From positions 339 through 64,338 of the forward strand of contig CAYZKZ010000003.1 of the NCBI GenBank assembly GCA_964479325.1: a stretch of 64,000 bases of DNA, written 5' to 3'. The notes below the pieces were generated by a model. The model was not told the origin of the DNA and made no database searches. It saw only the letters and a program-made list of their open reading frames with translations. This DNA is from an uncultured Muribaculaceae bacterium (GTDB lineage: Bacteria > Bacteroidota > Bacteroidia > Bacteroidales > UBA932). This document shows positions 39,357-49,701 of this stretch, piece by piece (within the stretch, counting starts at the first letter, position 1; each line of letters begins with the position of its first letter). The position numbers and the translations under genes were made by a program.

Positions 39357-42300
39357 TTAGAATGTAAGACCGACACCGAAGGTGATGGTTCTGAGCATAG
39401 GGTATGACATACCGTCACCGATACCTCCCAGACCCGTGTTGGATGTGCTGTCGAAGTCGGAGTCACCGACTCCGATTCCCTCCGGGTCGAACATATCCGT
39501 GTGCTTGAACATAGGAGACCAGGTCCAGAGGTTCTCCATCGAGCAGTAAACCCTCAGACCCTGAAGGTGAGCTTTCTCGATGAGTTTCTTAGGAACAGTG
39601 TAGTCAATCGTGAGGTTCTTCAGACGGATGTAGGCCGCGTTCTGGAGGTAGTGGTCGTTCTCGACGGTGAGAGGTCCGACGTTACGGTTGGCGCTGTAGC
39701 CCACACGTCTTGACCAGTAAGGGTTCTTGTCGTAGTTGGTGACAACCCAGTTCTCGGTGCTGTAGTCGATCTGAGCGTAGTTGTCGCCGGTCTGACTCTT
39801 CATCAGGTAGGCACTGTAAGGCCTGTTGTACTGTCCCCAGAAGTAGGCTGTCTCGACCATAGGGTACCAGTCACGCTTGCCGACTCCCTGGAAGAACATC
39901 GCGAGTCCGATGCCGTTCCACTTGAAGTCAAGGTTCACACCGTACTGGTAGCGAGGAGTCGTGTTACCGATTCTGTCAAGGTCGCCCCAGTCATCAAGAG
40001 TACCCTTGCCGTAGTCGATCTTGCCGTCACCGTTGAGGTCAAGGAACTTAAGGTCACCGGCGTAGGCGCGGAAGTTGGATCCGTTCTTGTGGTAGGTGTC
40101 CGTCGCCCAAGCGTTGGCCTCCTCGTTGGAACGGAAGATTCCGTCGGTGCGGAAGCCCCAGATCTCACCGAGTTCCTTGCCTGTGTAGTAGTCGAGGATG
40201 TCACCGGAGGTGGAGGTGTATTTGTCAACCCAGGTTCTGGTGTCCCAGACACTTCCCTTGATGCTGTAGTTGAAGTCCTTGCCGGCCACCTTGAAGGAGT
40301 CTCTCCAGGAAAGGGTGAGTTCCCATCCCTTTGTCTGAAGGGAGGCGTAGTTACCCTTAGGAGCGCTCGCTCCGTAGATCTGCGGAAGTTCAGGGCCGGT
40401 GGTGATAAGGTCTGTGGTATTCCTTACATAGTAGTCTCCTGAGAAAGAGAGCCTGCTCTTGAGAAGGTCGAAGTCTAAACCGACATCGTAGGTGGTGACG
40501 GTCTCCCAGGTAAGGGTAGAAGGCACGACTGACGGGTTCGTGGTGTAGTTCTCGTATTTGTCATCGAAGATGACACTGGACTTGCTGATGCCCATAGTCT
40601 CAAGGAATGAGTACGGTGAGATGGTACCGTTGCCGAGCGAGCCGTAATTAGCGCGGAGTTTGAGGTTGTCCATCCAGCTCTTGGACCACTTCATCCAAGG
40701 CTCTTCAGACACACGCCAACCAATTGAGAATGAGGGGAACAGACCCCACTGAGAGTTCGTCGGGAACTTAGATGACCCGTCGTAGCGAGCTGAAGCCTCG
40801 AAGATGTACCTTCTCAGGAGTGTGTAGTTGACACGGCCAAAGAAGCCGATGATGCCATAGCTGCTGTCGTTCTGCTCGGTCTTGAACTCACCGTCGAACA
40901 ACTCGAATGACTGGTACTTCTCAGGGAAGAGCATTCCCAGTCTCTGCATATAAAAGCGGTCGTAGTTGTAATCCTCGAGATTCCATCCGGCAACGACGTT
41001 GAGGTCGTGCTTCTCGTTCAGCTTAGGAGTCCAGGTGAGGACGGTGTTCGCCGTGATGTAGTCTGTGTCGTAGGTCCAGCGGCTCTTGTAGGAACCGGCC
41101 TGGGTGACATATTCAGTGGCGACTTCCGGCTTACTGTAGAATGACAGAGGGGCGCGGTAACGCTCTCTCCAGCGACGGGTGGCCTTGTAGGAGAAGTCTC
41201 CGCGTACCTTGAGTACCTCAGGAATGATGTCAATCGTCAGGCCGATGGTAGAGTTCACCACGAGATTAGAGTCATCCTGACCGGTGTTGCCCTCGAAGAA
41301 GGAGGCGTAGCCGGTCTTGACACCCGCCAAAGTCCAGGTGCCGTCCTCATTGTAAGGCACAAGGACAGGCGCGCCGTGCTGGTCAATCTGGTGACCGATG
41401 ACAGAGCTTGTGGTGAACATAGGCTGGGTCGATTTGCTGCGGAAGACAGAGGTGTTGTTGTCAAGCGAAAGCCACTTGTTGATCTGAACCTTGGCCTTCG
41501 CGCGGATGTTGAACGTGTTGTAGTTCTCGTCTCCGATCTTATAGATTCCGCCTTGGTTGAAGTAGCGGCCTGTGAGGTTGTAGGTCAATTTCTTTGTAGA
41601 GCCTCTGACACCGATATCGTGCGTCGTGGAAGTCGTGTAGTCCCTATAAACGTGGTCAAGCCAGTTGTAGTTGCCGAAATAGAGGTACTGTCCTGCTGAA
41701 CCGACACCGCCATAGACAGAATCGTAACCTGCGGCCCTCAAAGCCCTGATAGTCTCCAGATAGCTCGTGCCATCCATAGCGACACTTTGTGTGTTAATCG
41801 TAGTAGGCACTTTACCGGAAGATCCTGGCACACGCGTGTCGTTGCCGTAGAACTCATAGAACGCTTCCGTCCACTCAAGGCCGTCGGTGACGATGTTGTC
41901 CTCCCACTTGACGATACGGCTGTTCAGGGAGAACGCACCGTTGTAGGTGACGGAAACTTTGTCCGTGTCGGCGTTCTTGGTCGTGACGAGAATCACACCG
42001 TAGGCGGCCCGGGCTCCGTAGATCGCGGCGGATGAAGCGTCCTTCAGCACGGCCACAGTCTCGATGTCGGCTGGGTTGACCTGTGAGAGGCTACCCTCGA
42101 CGCCATCGATCAGCACAAGGGCTGATCCCTCGCTACCGATTGAGTGAGAGGAACCGGCGGCGCTGCTGCTGAAGTTCTTTCTCGTGTTGTAGGATGTTCC
42201 GTTACCACGGATGTAAATGCTACCTGAGTGAGTGGCCTTACCGTCGGTCTGGACAATGTTAAGACCGGCGATCTGTCCCTGAAGGGAACGGGTCACATTG

Positions 42301-42725
42301 GCGTTCGGACGATCGACGATGGCGTCGCCGTCAAGGTTCTCGACCGAACCCACGAGCTGGGTCTTCTTTAGGGTACCGTAACCCACGACAACCGTGGCCT
42401 CAAGCATCTGGTTGTCCTCGGCGAGGGCGAAGTCAATGACCGCTCTCTGGCCTACCTTAGTCTCCTGATCCTTGTAGCCGATGATCTGGCAAACGAGGAT
42501 GTCCTCCGGCTTTGCCTGGATGGAATATTTTCCATCAACGTCAGTCGAGACTCCATTGGTGGTCCCCTTGACCATCACTGTAGCCGCGATAAGCGGTTCG
42601 TTTGTCACCGCATCCTTGACCACTCCAGACACCTTGACCGTCTGTGCGGCCACGTTGAAAGCGCTGAGCAGAGCCATCTGGATGGAGATGACAACAAACA
42701 GTATTTTCTTGAAATAATGCTCCAT
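39357..42725 (-). CDS. SusC/RagA TonB-dependent transporter
   Basis: VVVGYGT, LKDASSAAIYGARAAYGVILVTTK and terminal GLTF. Confidence 0.96.
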   Translation of the reverse strand: MEHYFKKILFVVISIQMALLSAFNVAAQTVKVSGVVKDAVTNEPLIAATVMVKGTTNGVSTDVDGKYSIQAKPEDILVCQIIGYKDQETKVGQRAVIDFALAEDNQMLEATVVVGYGTLKKTQLVGSVENLDGDAIVDRPNANVTRSLQGQIAGLNIVQTDGKATHSGSIYIRGNGTSYNTRKNFSSSAAGSSHSIGSEGSALVLIDGVEGSLSQVNPADIETVAVLKDASSAAIYGARAAYGVILVTTKNADTDKVSVTYNGAFSLNSRIVKWEDNIVTDGLEWTEAFYEFYGNDTRVPGSSGKVPTTINTQSVAMDGTSYLETIRALRAAGYDSVYGGVGSAGQYLYFGNYNWLDHVYRDYTTSTTHDIGVRGSTKKLTYNLTGRYFNQGGIYKIGDENYNTFNIRAKAKVQINKWLSLDNNTSVFRSKSTQPMFTTSSVIGHQIDQHGAPVLVPYNEDGTWTLAGVKTGYASFFEGNTGQDDSNLVVNSTIGLTIDIIPEVLKVRGDFSYKATRRWRERYRAPLSFYSKPEVATEYVTQAGSYKSRWTYDTDYITANTVLTWTPKLNEKHDLNVVAGWNLEDYNYDRFYMQRLGMLFPEKYQSFELFDGEFKTEQNDSSYGIIGFFGRVNYTLLRRYIFEASARYDGSSKFPTNSQWGLFPSFSIGWRVSEEPWMKWSKSWMDNLKLRANYGSLGNGTISPYSFLETMGISKSSVIFDDKYENYTTNPSVVPSTLTWETVTTYDVGLDFDLLKSRLSFSGDYYVRNTTDLITTGPELPQIYGASAPKGNYASLQTKGWELTLSWRDSFKVAGKDFNYSIKGSVWDTRTWVDKYTSTSGDILDYYTGKELGEIWGFRTDGIFRSNEEANAWATDTYHKNGSNFRAYAGDLKFLDLNGDGKIDYGKGTLDDWGDLDRIGNTTPRYQYGVNLDFKWNGIGLAMFFQGVGKRDWYPMVETAYFWGQYNRPYSAYLMKSQTGDNYAQIDYSTENWVVTNYDKNPYWSRRVGYSANRNVGPLTVENDHYLQNAAYIRLKNLTIDYTVPKKLIEKAHLQGLRVYCSMENLWTWSPMFKHTDMFDPEGIGVGDSDFDSTSNTGLGGIGDGMSYPMLRTITFGVGLTF

Positions 42726-43201
42726 AATATTTCCAAAAGATTTGCTTCTCTCAAAAGATTTGATTGAATGTTGCTTGCGTTGGATCTGCACTGAATCAAT
42801 CTTTTCCGGCAATCTTTTCGGAATGCTGACGCAGGGGAACTTTTTATTGTACCATATTTTTAATTATTATCAAACGGGGTGTTGAACCATTTTATGCGAA
42901 TATAACAGCGAAGGAAGAACCCCCGCCTTGACCAAAAACTGATCACAAGAGACGACGCACATCCGCTCTTGCGATGCAAATGTAATCAAAAACGTTGCAG
43001 AATCCAAAAACAAACAGTAATTTTGCGTTTGGATTTGCATCTGGATCATCGTATCCGACTTTTCATCAGACATTCTGATGCGTAACGGGGAGAAGTCTTA
43101 ATCTCTGTTATTCTTATTATTTACTCTCATCAACACATCAACATTTTGATGTAACCACAGAAGTTTGATATACGTTTAACGAATCAGATGATTTAATCAG
43201 T

Positions 43202-46200
43202 ATGAAATCTATCAAATTAATAGTCGGTGCTCTCGCCGGAGCCGCTCTTCTCCTCGCTTCCTGCCAGGAGGAATTTACCGCTGGTGAGGATCAGTCCAGA
43301 CTGGTACCAAGCGACCTCCGCTACGACACGGAGAACAGCACCGCCAACAACCTCGCGTTCTGCTGGAGCGCTGGCGAGACCATCGCCGCTGGAGCGACAT
43401 CCTACAGCATCGAGGTTTGCGACAACACGGATGACGCAGTGAACACGTACGACGATGTCATCCAGACCATCAAGAAATCAGATGTCGGGACCGATGGCGT
43501 CGCAAGAGCCATCTTCACCAAAGGCATCAGCGAATACACCGAGAAATATGTCCGTCTCCGCGTCAACTACGGGGCCGTCTTCTCAAGCTGGACTTTCGCC
43601 AAGGACTCAGAGGGCAACCCGGCCGTGTTCGTCGCCGGACACGGAATCAAGGACTCGAAAAAGCCTTCGGTCGAGAGCATCGCTGTCAACTGCCCTGAGG
43701 ACGCAACCGAGTTCACAGCCAAGGCCGACCTCTCGGCAGTGGCTTCCGCCAACAGGGTAATCGTTCTTCTGATCGACTACACAAGCCAGAAGGTCCTTGA
43801 CACAGAGGTGGTCGATCCTTCCAAGGAAAGCTCGTTCGAGAAAACCTACAGCGACCTCAGGTCCGGCAAACTGTATCAGGTTAAGATTCTCGCCGAATAT
43901 GATGTCGTAGGCGAGGCCACACATCTAGCCGAATGGACTGTGGCCGAGGGTGAGGCGACCGACGAGGCCGGCGAGACTGTGAAGACAACTGTCATCCAGT
44001 GCGGCAAGGGTTTCGTTATAGTCAACGGTGTGCCTCCGACAACAAGACTGGCCACGAAAGCGTCAGGTCAGCTCATATTCGAGTGGACAGAGTATGGCTT
44101 TGAGAACATCACCAAAGATGCCGCCATCCCTGTCAAGGTGGCCCTTTACAAGGACTCCGACTGCAAGGAACTTGTCTATGGATGGACAATAAAGAAATAT
44201 GAGATCGCGGACAGGCAGCCGAAGATTGTTTTCTCCAACCTGACCCCAGACACTCCGTACTGGTTCACTTGCCAGGACACCAACACAGGACTTGTCTCCG
44301 AGCCTTTGGAGGCCAAGACCAGCGCATTCGACATTGTCACCGTAGGCGAGGCCAAAGTAAATGCCGGTGAATATGCTCTATCAGAGGATTTCGGCGAGCT
44401 GTACTTCGGCGGTTACGCTATGGACTTCAGCCCGGCTCCTGGCAACACAGGGAAGAACGAACCACACCCTACTGTCGGGGAATGGGACGGAGCCGACCTT
44501 GTTTGGACAGACGGAAACCACGGTTTCTTCAACACTTTAGGTAATAAGGGAGCCGTACAGAATTCCCGTTTCAAGGACTGGGCGATCATACACGGTCTGA
44601 AGGACGGAACAGGGGCATCTGTTCTTGGTGACTGCTGCATACGTACAGGTATGTTCCAGATGGGAGCCGCATCAGGAGTTCCTATCGTGTTCACGCCTGA
44701 GCTCACGAACCTCAGCGGCCTCGCTACCGTCAGCGTCAGCTTCACAGTCTCCTCAATGTGGGAGAAAGGCGCAATCAAGGAGGCTGGTTCAGCCGACTTC
44801 AAGTCATTGGCGGTTTACACCGCCACAGGCGGCACCGCCGACCAGTCACAGTCCACATCTTACGGGACACTGACCGGAGCCACTGTCAAGGAAGTAACTG
44901 TACTTGACCGTCCTGCCGTGGCGGCGGATCTTCCGAAAGATAAAGACGAGAACACTACACCGACTTGGGAGACCAAGACAGTGTCCATCGCCAACGTGGC
45001 TCCTGGCACACGTATCGGCATCGGAGCCGTCCGCCCTGATGGAAAGACCGGCAACCAGCGTTTCCTCCTCAGTTGCGTCCAAGTGAAAGTCACATCCTAC
45101 GGTGTGCCTAAGCTTGCCACCCCTGTACTCAAGAGTCAGGAAATCAGCAAAGTCAAGGCATCGTTCACGTTCGAGACCCAGGAAATGGCTCAGACCTATC
45201 GCCTCGGCTACAAGCAGAACGGCGACGCCGACTACAAGTACATCGAGCAGGAGACTCCTGAGTTCAACCTTACCGGTCTCTCCGTCAACACACAGTACAT
45301 CATCAAGGTTGTGGCTGTCGCAGGAGATTACGAGTCCGAGAAGCCTTACTATCAGGAGTTCAGGACAGAGAGCGTGGACTATAAGTATCCTATGTCAATC
45401 TCCGACAATGACACGTTCATCGAGTGGATGACCTACGGAGCGGAATTCACCTCTCCTTCTGACGTGATCACTCTTGACTCAGATCTCGACCTCAATGGTG
45501 TTGATGTTCCGGTCGTAGCCGAATTCGGCGGTGTGCTGAACGGCAACGGCAAGAGCATCAAGAACTGGACTTCCGACCACGCCCTGTTCAACAAGGTAAA
45601 CGGAACCGTCAAGGATCTCACGATCGACGCCAGCTGCGCGTTCACGCCAGCCGCTGTCTTCGCTCCAATCACCCTGAACAACACCGGAACAATCAGCAAT
45701 GTTCACAACAAGGCTAATGTGGCATATTCAGCAAACGACTTCTCCGAATCAGTCTGCATCGCAGGTATCGCGGCACAGTCAACGGGAGACATCCTGAACT
45801 GCTCCAACGCGGCGACCATCAGCGTTACCACCACAGGTCAGATCAATGGTGCCGCTGTCGCGGGTATCGCCGGTTATCTCGCAGGTTCGATGTCCGATTG
45901 CTCCAACACAGGTGCAGTGACTGTCAGCAGCAAATACGTTGGCGGAGTCTCAACCATAGGAGGTAAGGACATTGTTCCTTGCATAGGCGGTCTGGCCGGA
46001 CTTGGAGGAAATGGATTCAATGTCGCAAGCAGTAACAATAACGGAAAGGTCTCCTTCACCGTCAGCGCTATGGAGAACGCGACTGCCACCCAGCAAAGAA
46101 TCAGTGTCGGCGGTATCGCAGGCGCTCCTGATGGCGACATCACCAAGTGCAACAACTATGGAGAGGTTTACACAAAATTAGCCACTTCAAACGGCGCTGA

Positions 46201-46924
46201 ATCCTCTGTTAACTACATCGCTATTGTCGGCGGCATCTCTGGCGGTGACTACTTCGCTACAGGACAGGCATCCACCAACATCACCGATTGCGTCAACGAA
46301 GGCAAGGTTACTCTTCACAACGATTCAGCCAAGGCGAACAGTGCATTGGGTGGCATCGTTGGTTGGCCAGGCGTTGAAGGCGCACAGAAGATCTACACCA
46401 AGAACAGCGTCAACAAGGGAACCGTCACATTCACCGGAAAGGGCAAATGCCGTGTAGGTGGAGTGCAGGGCGGAACCGGTAATATGGAAGGATGCTCCAA
46501 TGAGGGTGATGTCGTATTCGAATCCGGCAACAACACTTCTGTGATCGGAAGCCTCTGCGGATTCCACTCACAGGGCCACGTCATCAAGAACTGCAAGGCT
46601 CTTGGAACAGTCACAGCCAAATCAACCGTAGATGGAATGGGTGGACTCATCGGTAACATCGGTAACGCCGCTCACACAACTGGAGAAGGCTGCGTTGTGA
46701 AGTGTACCCTTACCGGCGGCACACCAGCCACATCCGGAATGATTGTAGGTAAGTTCAACGGTAGCAAATACGGTATAACCCTCGGAACAACCGCAAGTCC
46801 TATAAAGGTTTCCGGAAGCATAAACGGCACAGCCATCACAGCGTCCAACTTCGAGGACTATCTGAACGGCCCGACAAACTTCAAAGCCGGCACCCACGTG
46901 CTGAACGCAGAGTACGGCGAGTAA
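43202..46924 (+). CDS. Large surface lipoprotein with FN3-like domains and C-terminal GLUG-like beta-helix repeats
   Basis: Lipobox LASC and repeated (N/D)CxNxG...GGIxG units. Function unknown. Confidence 0.75.
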   Translation: MKSIKLIVGALAGAALLLASCQEEFTAGEDQSRLVPSDLRYDTENSTANNLAFCWSAGETIAAGATSYSIEVCDNTDDAVNTYDDVIQTIKKSDVGTDGVARAIFTKGISEYTEKYVRLRVNYGAVFSSWTFAKDSEGNPAVFVAGHGIKDSKKPSVESIAVNCPEDATEFTAKADLSAVASANRVIVLLIDYTSQKVLDTEVVDPSKESSFEKTYSDLRSGKLYQVKILAEYDVVGEATHLAEWTVAEGEATDEAGETVKTTVIQCGKGFVIVNGVPPTTRLATKASGQLIFEWTEYGFENITKDAAIPVKVALYKDSDCKELVYGWTIKKYEIADRQPKIVFSNLTPDTPYWFTCQDTNTGLVSEPLEAKTSAFDIVTVGEAKVNAGEYALSEDFGELYFGGYAMDFSPAPGNTGKNEPHPTVGEWDGADLVWTDGNHGFFNTLGNKGAVQNSRFKDWAIIHGLKDGTGASVLGDCCIRTGMFQMGAASGVPIVFTPELTNLSGLATVSVSFTVSSMWEKGAIKEAGSADFKSLAVYTATGGTADQSQSTSYGTLTGATVKEVTVLDRPAVAADLPKDKDENTTPTWETKTVSIANVAPGTRIGIGAVRPDGKTGNQRFLLSCVQVKVTSYGVPKLATPVLKSQEISKVKASFTFETQEMAQTYRLGYKQNGDADYKYIEQETPEFNLTGLSVNTQYIIKVVAVAGDYESEKPYYQEFRTESVDYKYPMSISDNDTFIEWMTYGAEFTSPSDVITLDSDLDLNGVDVPVVAEFGGVLNGNGKSIKNWTSDHALFNKVNGTVKDLTIDASCAFTPAAVFAPITLNNTGTISNVHNKANVAYSANDFSESVCIAGIAAQSTGDILNCSNAATISVTTTGQINGAAVAGIAGYLAGSMSDCSNTGAVTVSSKYVGGVSTIGGKDIVPCIGGLAGLGGNGFNVASSNNNGKVSFTVSAMENATATQQRISVGGIAGAPDGDITKCNNYGEVYTKLATSNGAESSVNYIAIVGGISGGDYFATGQASTNITDCVNEGKVTLHNDSAKANSALGGIVGWPGVEGAQKIYTKNSVNKGTVTFTGKGKCRVGGVQGGTGNMEGCSNEGDVVFESGNNTSVIGSLCGFHSQGHVIKNCKALGTVTAKSTVDGMGGLIGNIGNAAHTTGEGCVVKCTLTGGTPATSGMIVGKFNGSKYGITLGTTASPIKVSGSINGTAITASNFEDYLNGPTNFKAGTHVLNAEYGE

Positions 46925-46949
46925 TCAGAACTCACATATTCTCTATTAT

Positions 46950-46980
46950 AAAGGATGGCCCGCCCGGCCATCCTTTTTTT
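46950..46980 (+). terminator. Intrinsic terminator
   Basis: AAGGATGGCC-CGCCC-GGCCATCC followed by T7. Confidence 0.85.
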
Positions 46981-47080
46981 ATTAGCCGCATTCATATTCA
47001 TTTTATAGTGTAGGATATCCCGAAAATTCAGTTTGCCTACCAAGACTAAAGCCGCTAAAGAATTCAAGGGATTTGCAATA

Positions 47081-47116
47081 TTCGGAATTTATTGTAATTT
47101 TACATAAAATTCCGAA
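47081..47116. repeat. 36-bp palindrome, upstream copy
   Basis: TTCGGAATTTATTGTAATTTTACATAAAATTCCGAA, ending 3 nt before the ATG. Confidence 0.9.
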
Positions 47117-47119
47117 AAT

Positions 47120-48391
47120 ATGGGAGGAACAGCAAAATACACACAAAGACCGTTATACCTCAACAAGCTGATTGACAGCAGGATGAACGGATTTGTCAAA
47201 GTCATAACCGGACCAAGGCGATGTGGGAAATCCTGGCTGCTCAGCCGACTGTATAAAGACTATCTCGTCAATGACGGCGTTCCGCCCGAAAACATCATCA
47301 TAGTATCTTTGGACATCGATGACGAAAATGGCGGAGATCTCAGGGACAAAGAAAAACTGAAAAATTTTCTGTACAGCAAAATCACGGATCAGTCAAAGGA
47401 CTATTATGTGATGCTGGATGAGATCCAAGAAGTCGATGGATTCGAAAGACTTGTCAACGGCCTGCGGAACAGGGATAACGTTGATGTCTATGTGACCGGG
47501 AGCAACGCGAAATTCCTGTCCAAAGAAATAAACACAATCTTTAGGGACAGGGGACAGGAAATACGGTGTAACCCATTTTCTTTCAAAGAGTTTTCTTCCG
47601 ACAGGACAGAATCACTCAGAGAGTTGTACGGCGAGTACTACACCTACGGCGGTATGCCGGGACTCAGGAATTTCAAGACACCTGTCCAGAAAGCCTTATA
47701 TCTGCAAGGCCTATGGAACAAGACCTACCTCACTGACATAAAAGACAGGTATCATATCGAGAAAGATGATGCCCTTGAAACACTTACGGATGTCCTATGT
47801 TCATCGATTGGCTCGCTGTCCAATCCGACAAAAATCGCCAACAGCATACAGAGTCTGAAAAGAATAAAGTGCGACGAGGCAACCGTCAAAAACTATCTCG
47901 GCTTCATCTGTGACTCATTCCTATTCGAAGGGGCACTGAGGTTCAACATAAAAGGGAAAGAGTACTACAAGTCCTTCAAAAAGTACTATTGCGTCGATCC
48001 GGGACTAAGGAACGCAAGATTGAATTTCAGACAGCAGGATGAAGGCCACATTATGGAAAACATCATATACAACGAGTTAAGGGCAAGAGGATATCTCGTC
48101 GATGTCGGGATGCTGGAATCAAGGGAAAATGTCGAGGGGAAATCAAAATATACACAATATGAAGTAGATTTCATCGCGACTGACGGCATAGACAAATTCT
48201 ACATCCAGTCAGCCTACAACCTGTCAACCCCTGAAAAGCGAGAGCAAGAGACACGATCGTTCAAAAAAATCGGTGATTCTTTCCAAAAGATCGTCATTCA
48301 AGGAGATGACATCGTAACATACAAAGACGAGAACGGAGTTACATTTATGGGACTATACCAGTTTCTGTTGAATGATGGCATAACAAAATAA
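47120..48391 (+). CDS. AAA_14 ATPase with DUF4143 domain
   Basis: GPRRCGKS, LDEIQ, VTGSN, YGGMP, YCVDPGLRN and YEVDF...IQS. Visibly more AT-rich than neighbouring genes. Confidence 0.92.
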   Translation: MGGTAKYTQRPLYLNKLIDSRMNGFVKVITGPRRCGKSWLLSRLYKDYLVNDGVPPENIIIVSLDIDDENGGDLRDKEKLKNFLYSKITDQSKDYYVMLDEIQEVDGFERLVNGLRNRDNVDVYVTGSNAKFLSKEINTIFRDRGQEIRCNPFSFKEFSSDRTESLRELYGEYYTYGGMPGLRNFKTPVQKALYLQGLWNKTYLTDIKDRYHIEKDDALETLTDVLCSSIGSLSNPTKIANSIQSLKRIKCDEATVKNYLGFICDSFLFEGALRFNIKGKEYYKSFKKYYCVDPGLRNARLNFRQQDEGHIMENIIYNELRARGYLVDVGMLESRENVEGKSKYTQYEVDFIATDGIDKFYIQSAYNLSTPEKREQETRSFKKIGDSFQKIVIQGDDIVTYKDENGVTFMGLYQFLLNDGITK

Positions 48392-48394
48392 GCA

Positions 48395-48430
48395 TTCGGA
48401 ATTTATTGCATTTTTACAATAAATTCCGAA
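48395..48430. repeat. 36-bp palindrome, downstream copy
   Basis: TTCGGAATTTATTGCATTTTTACAATAAATTCCGAA, 32/36 identical to the upstream copy, starting 3 nt after the stop. Confidence 0.9.
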
Positions 48431-48537
48431 TTTTCGCTTTCACAGGGCAGATGCAGGATATTCAGAAAATTCAGTAACTTTGCCGCGGATTACGGGATTA
48501 TGCAAAAATCATAACATAACACAATTCATCAAGCATT

Positions 48538-49629
48538 ATGAAAAAAACAGCAGCGGCGATTCTAATGCTGTCTCTTGTCGTTCTGACAGCCACGGCGCAA
48601 AGCAAGAACGACTACAACTTCACGGAAGCCTCAGGACTCACAATGGTGGGAAAGCTGATGACGGACACACCGAACCCTTACCACAGGGTTGACACCGTGA
48701 AATTCAAAGGATTCACCAAAAGCGAGAACAAGCAGGTCAGGATGTCGGCGGGACTGGCTGTAGCCTTCAGGACAGACTCCAAGACAATCACCATCAAGAC
48801 CGAGTACCGCGACAGGAGTTTCCCTGTGAACACCGGCGGACTGTCAGCCCGCGGCTACGACCTCTACATCAGGAAGGACGGACAATGGCTCTGGGCAGCC
48901 TCGGCGGTCGCCAAAGACAACAAGCCGGACGAGAATGTCACACTGATCAAGAATATGGACGGGACGATGCACGAGTGCCTGCTCTACCTGCCGGTCTTCA
49001 GCGAGGAATCCTCAATAAAGATCGGCACGGAGAAAAATTCGGTAATAGAAGCGATCGAGAACCCGTTCCGCCACAGAATCGGAATCTTCGGTTCAAGCTT
49101 CACCCACGGCTCAAGCACATCCAGAGCGGGAATGTCCTACCCTGACCAGCTCAGCAGAATGACAGGACTCCAGTTCCTCAGCCTCGGATGCGCCGGCAAC
49201 TCCAAACTCCAAAGTTACTTCGCCGACGTCCTCTGCGCCGCTGACATAGATGCTCTCGTGTTCGACGGATTCTCCAACCCTGAAGCCCCAATGATCGAGG
49301 AAAGACTCTTCCCGTTCATCGAGAGAATCCAGAAGGCTCATCCCGGAATTCCGCTCATCTTCCAGCGCACGATCTACCGTGAGTACCGCAACTTCAACAC
49401 GGACAGAGACCACAACGAGACCGTCAAGACCGCGATGGCCGACAGCCTGATGAAGATAGCGGTAAAGAAGTACGACAACGTCTATTACATCACCACGACC
49501 TGCGCCACGGCAAAGAACCACGAGGCCACGGTTGACGGAGTCCATCCTTCCGACTACGGCTACACCCTTTGGGCGAAATCCATCGAGAAGCCGTTGAAGA
49601 AGATTCTCCGCAAATACGGAATCAAATAG
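48538..49629 (+). CDS. SGNH/GDSL hydrolase with an N-terminal GxDLY domain
   Basis: GYDLY, FGSSFTHG and DGVHPSD motifs, with a signal peptide. Confidence 0.88.
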   Translation: MKKTAAAILMLSLVVLTATAQSKNDYNFTEASGLTMVGKLMTDTPNPYHRVDTVKFKGFTKSENKQVRMSAGLAVAFRTDSKTITIKTEYRDRSFPVNTGGLSARGYDLYIRKDGQWLWAASAVAKDNKPDENVTLIKNMDGTMHECLLYLPVFSEESSIKIGTEKNSVIEAIENPFRHRIGIFGSSFTHGSSTSRAGMSYPDQLSRMTGLQFLSLGCAGNSKLQSYFADVLCAADIDALVFDGFSNPEAPMIEERLFPFIERIQKAHPGIPLIFQRTIYREYRNFNTDRDHNETVKTAMADSLMKIAVKKYDNVYYITTTCATAKNHEATVDGVHPSDYGYTLWAKSIEKPLKKILRKYGIK

Positions 49630-49651
49630 TCTCCAAGGCGGAAAGACAATG

Positions 49652-49686
49652 AAAAAAGGGCGGTTGAGTTCATCAACCGCCCTTTT
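49652..49686. terminator. Bidirectional terminator
   Basis: AAAAGGGCGGTTGA...TCAACCGCCCTTTT between convergent genes. Confidence 0.8.
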
Positions 49687-49701
49687 AAAATATTCATCAA
49701 C

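Noticed and set aside
47081-48430. 36-bp repeats as CRISPR direct repeats
   Set aside because: There are only two copies, separated by a 1.27-kb gene.
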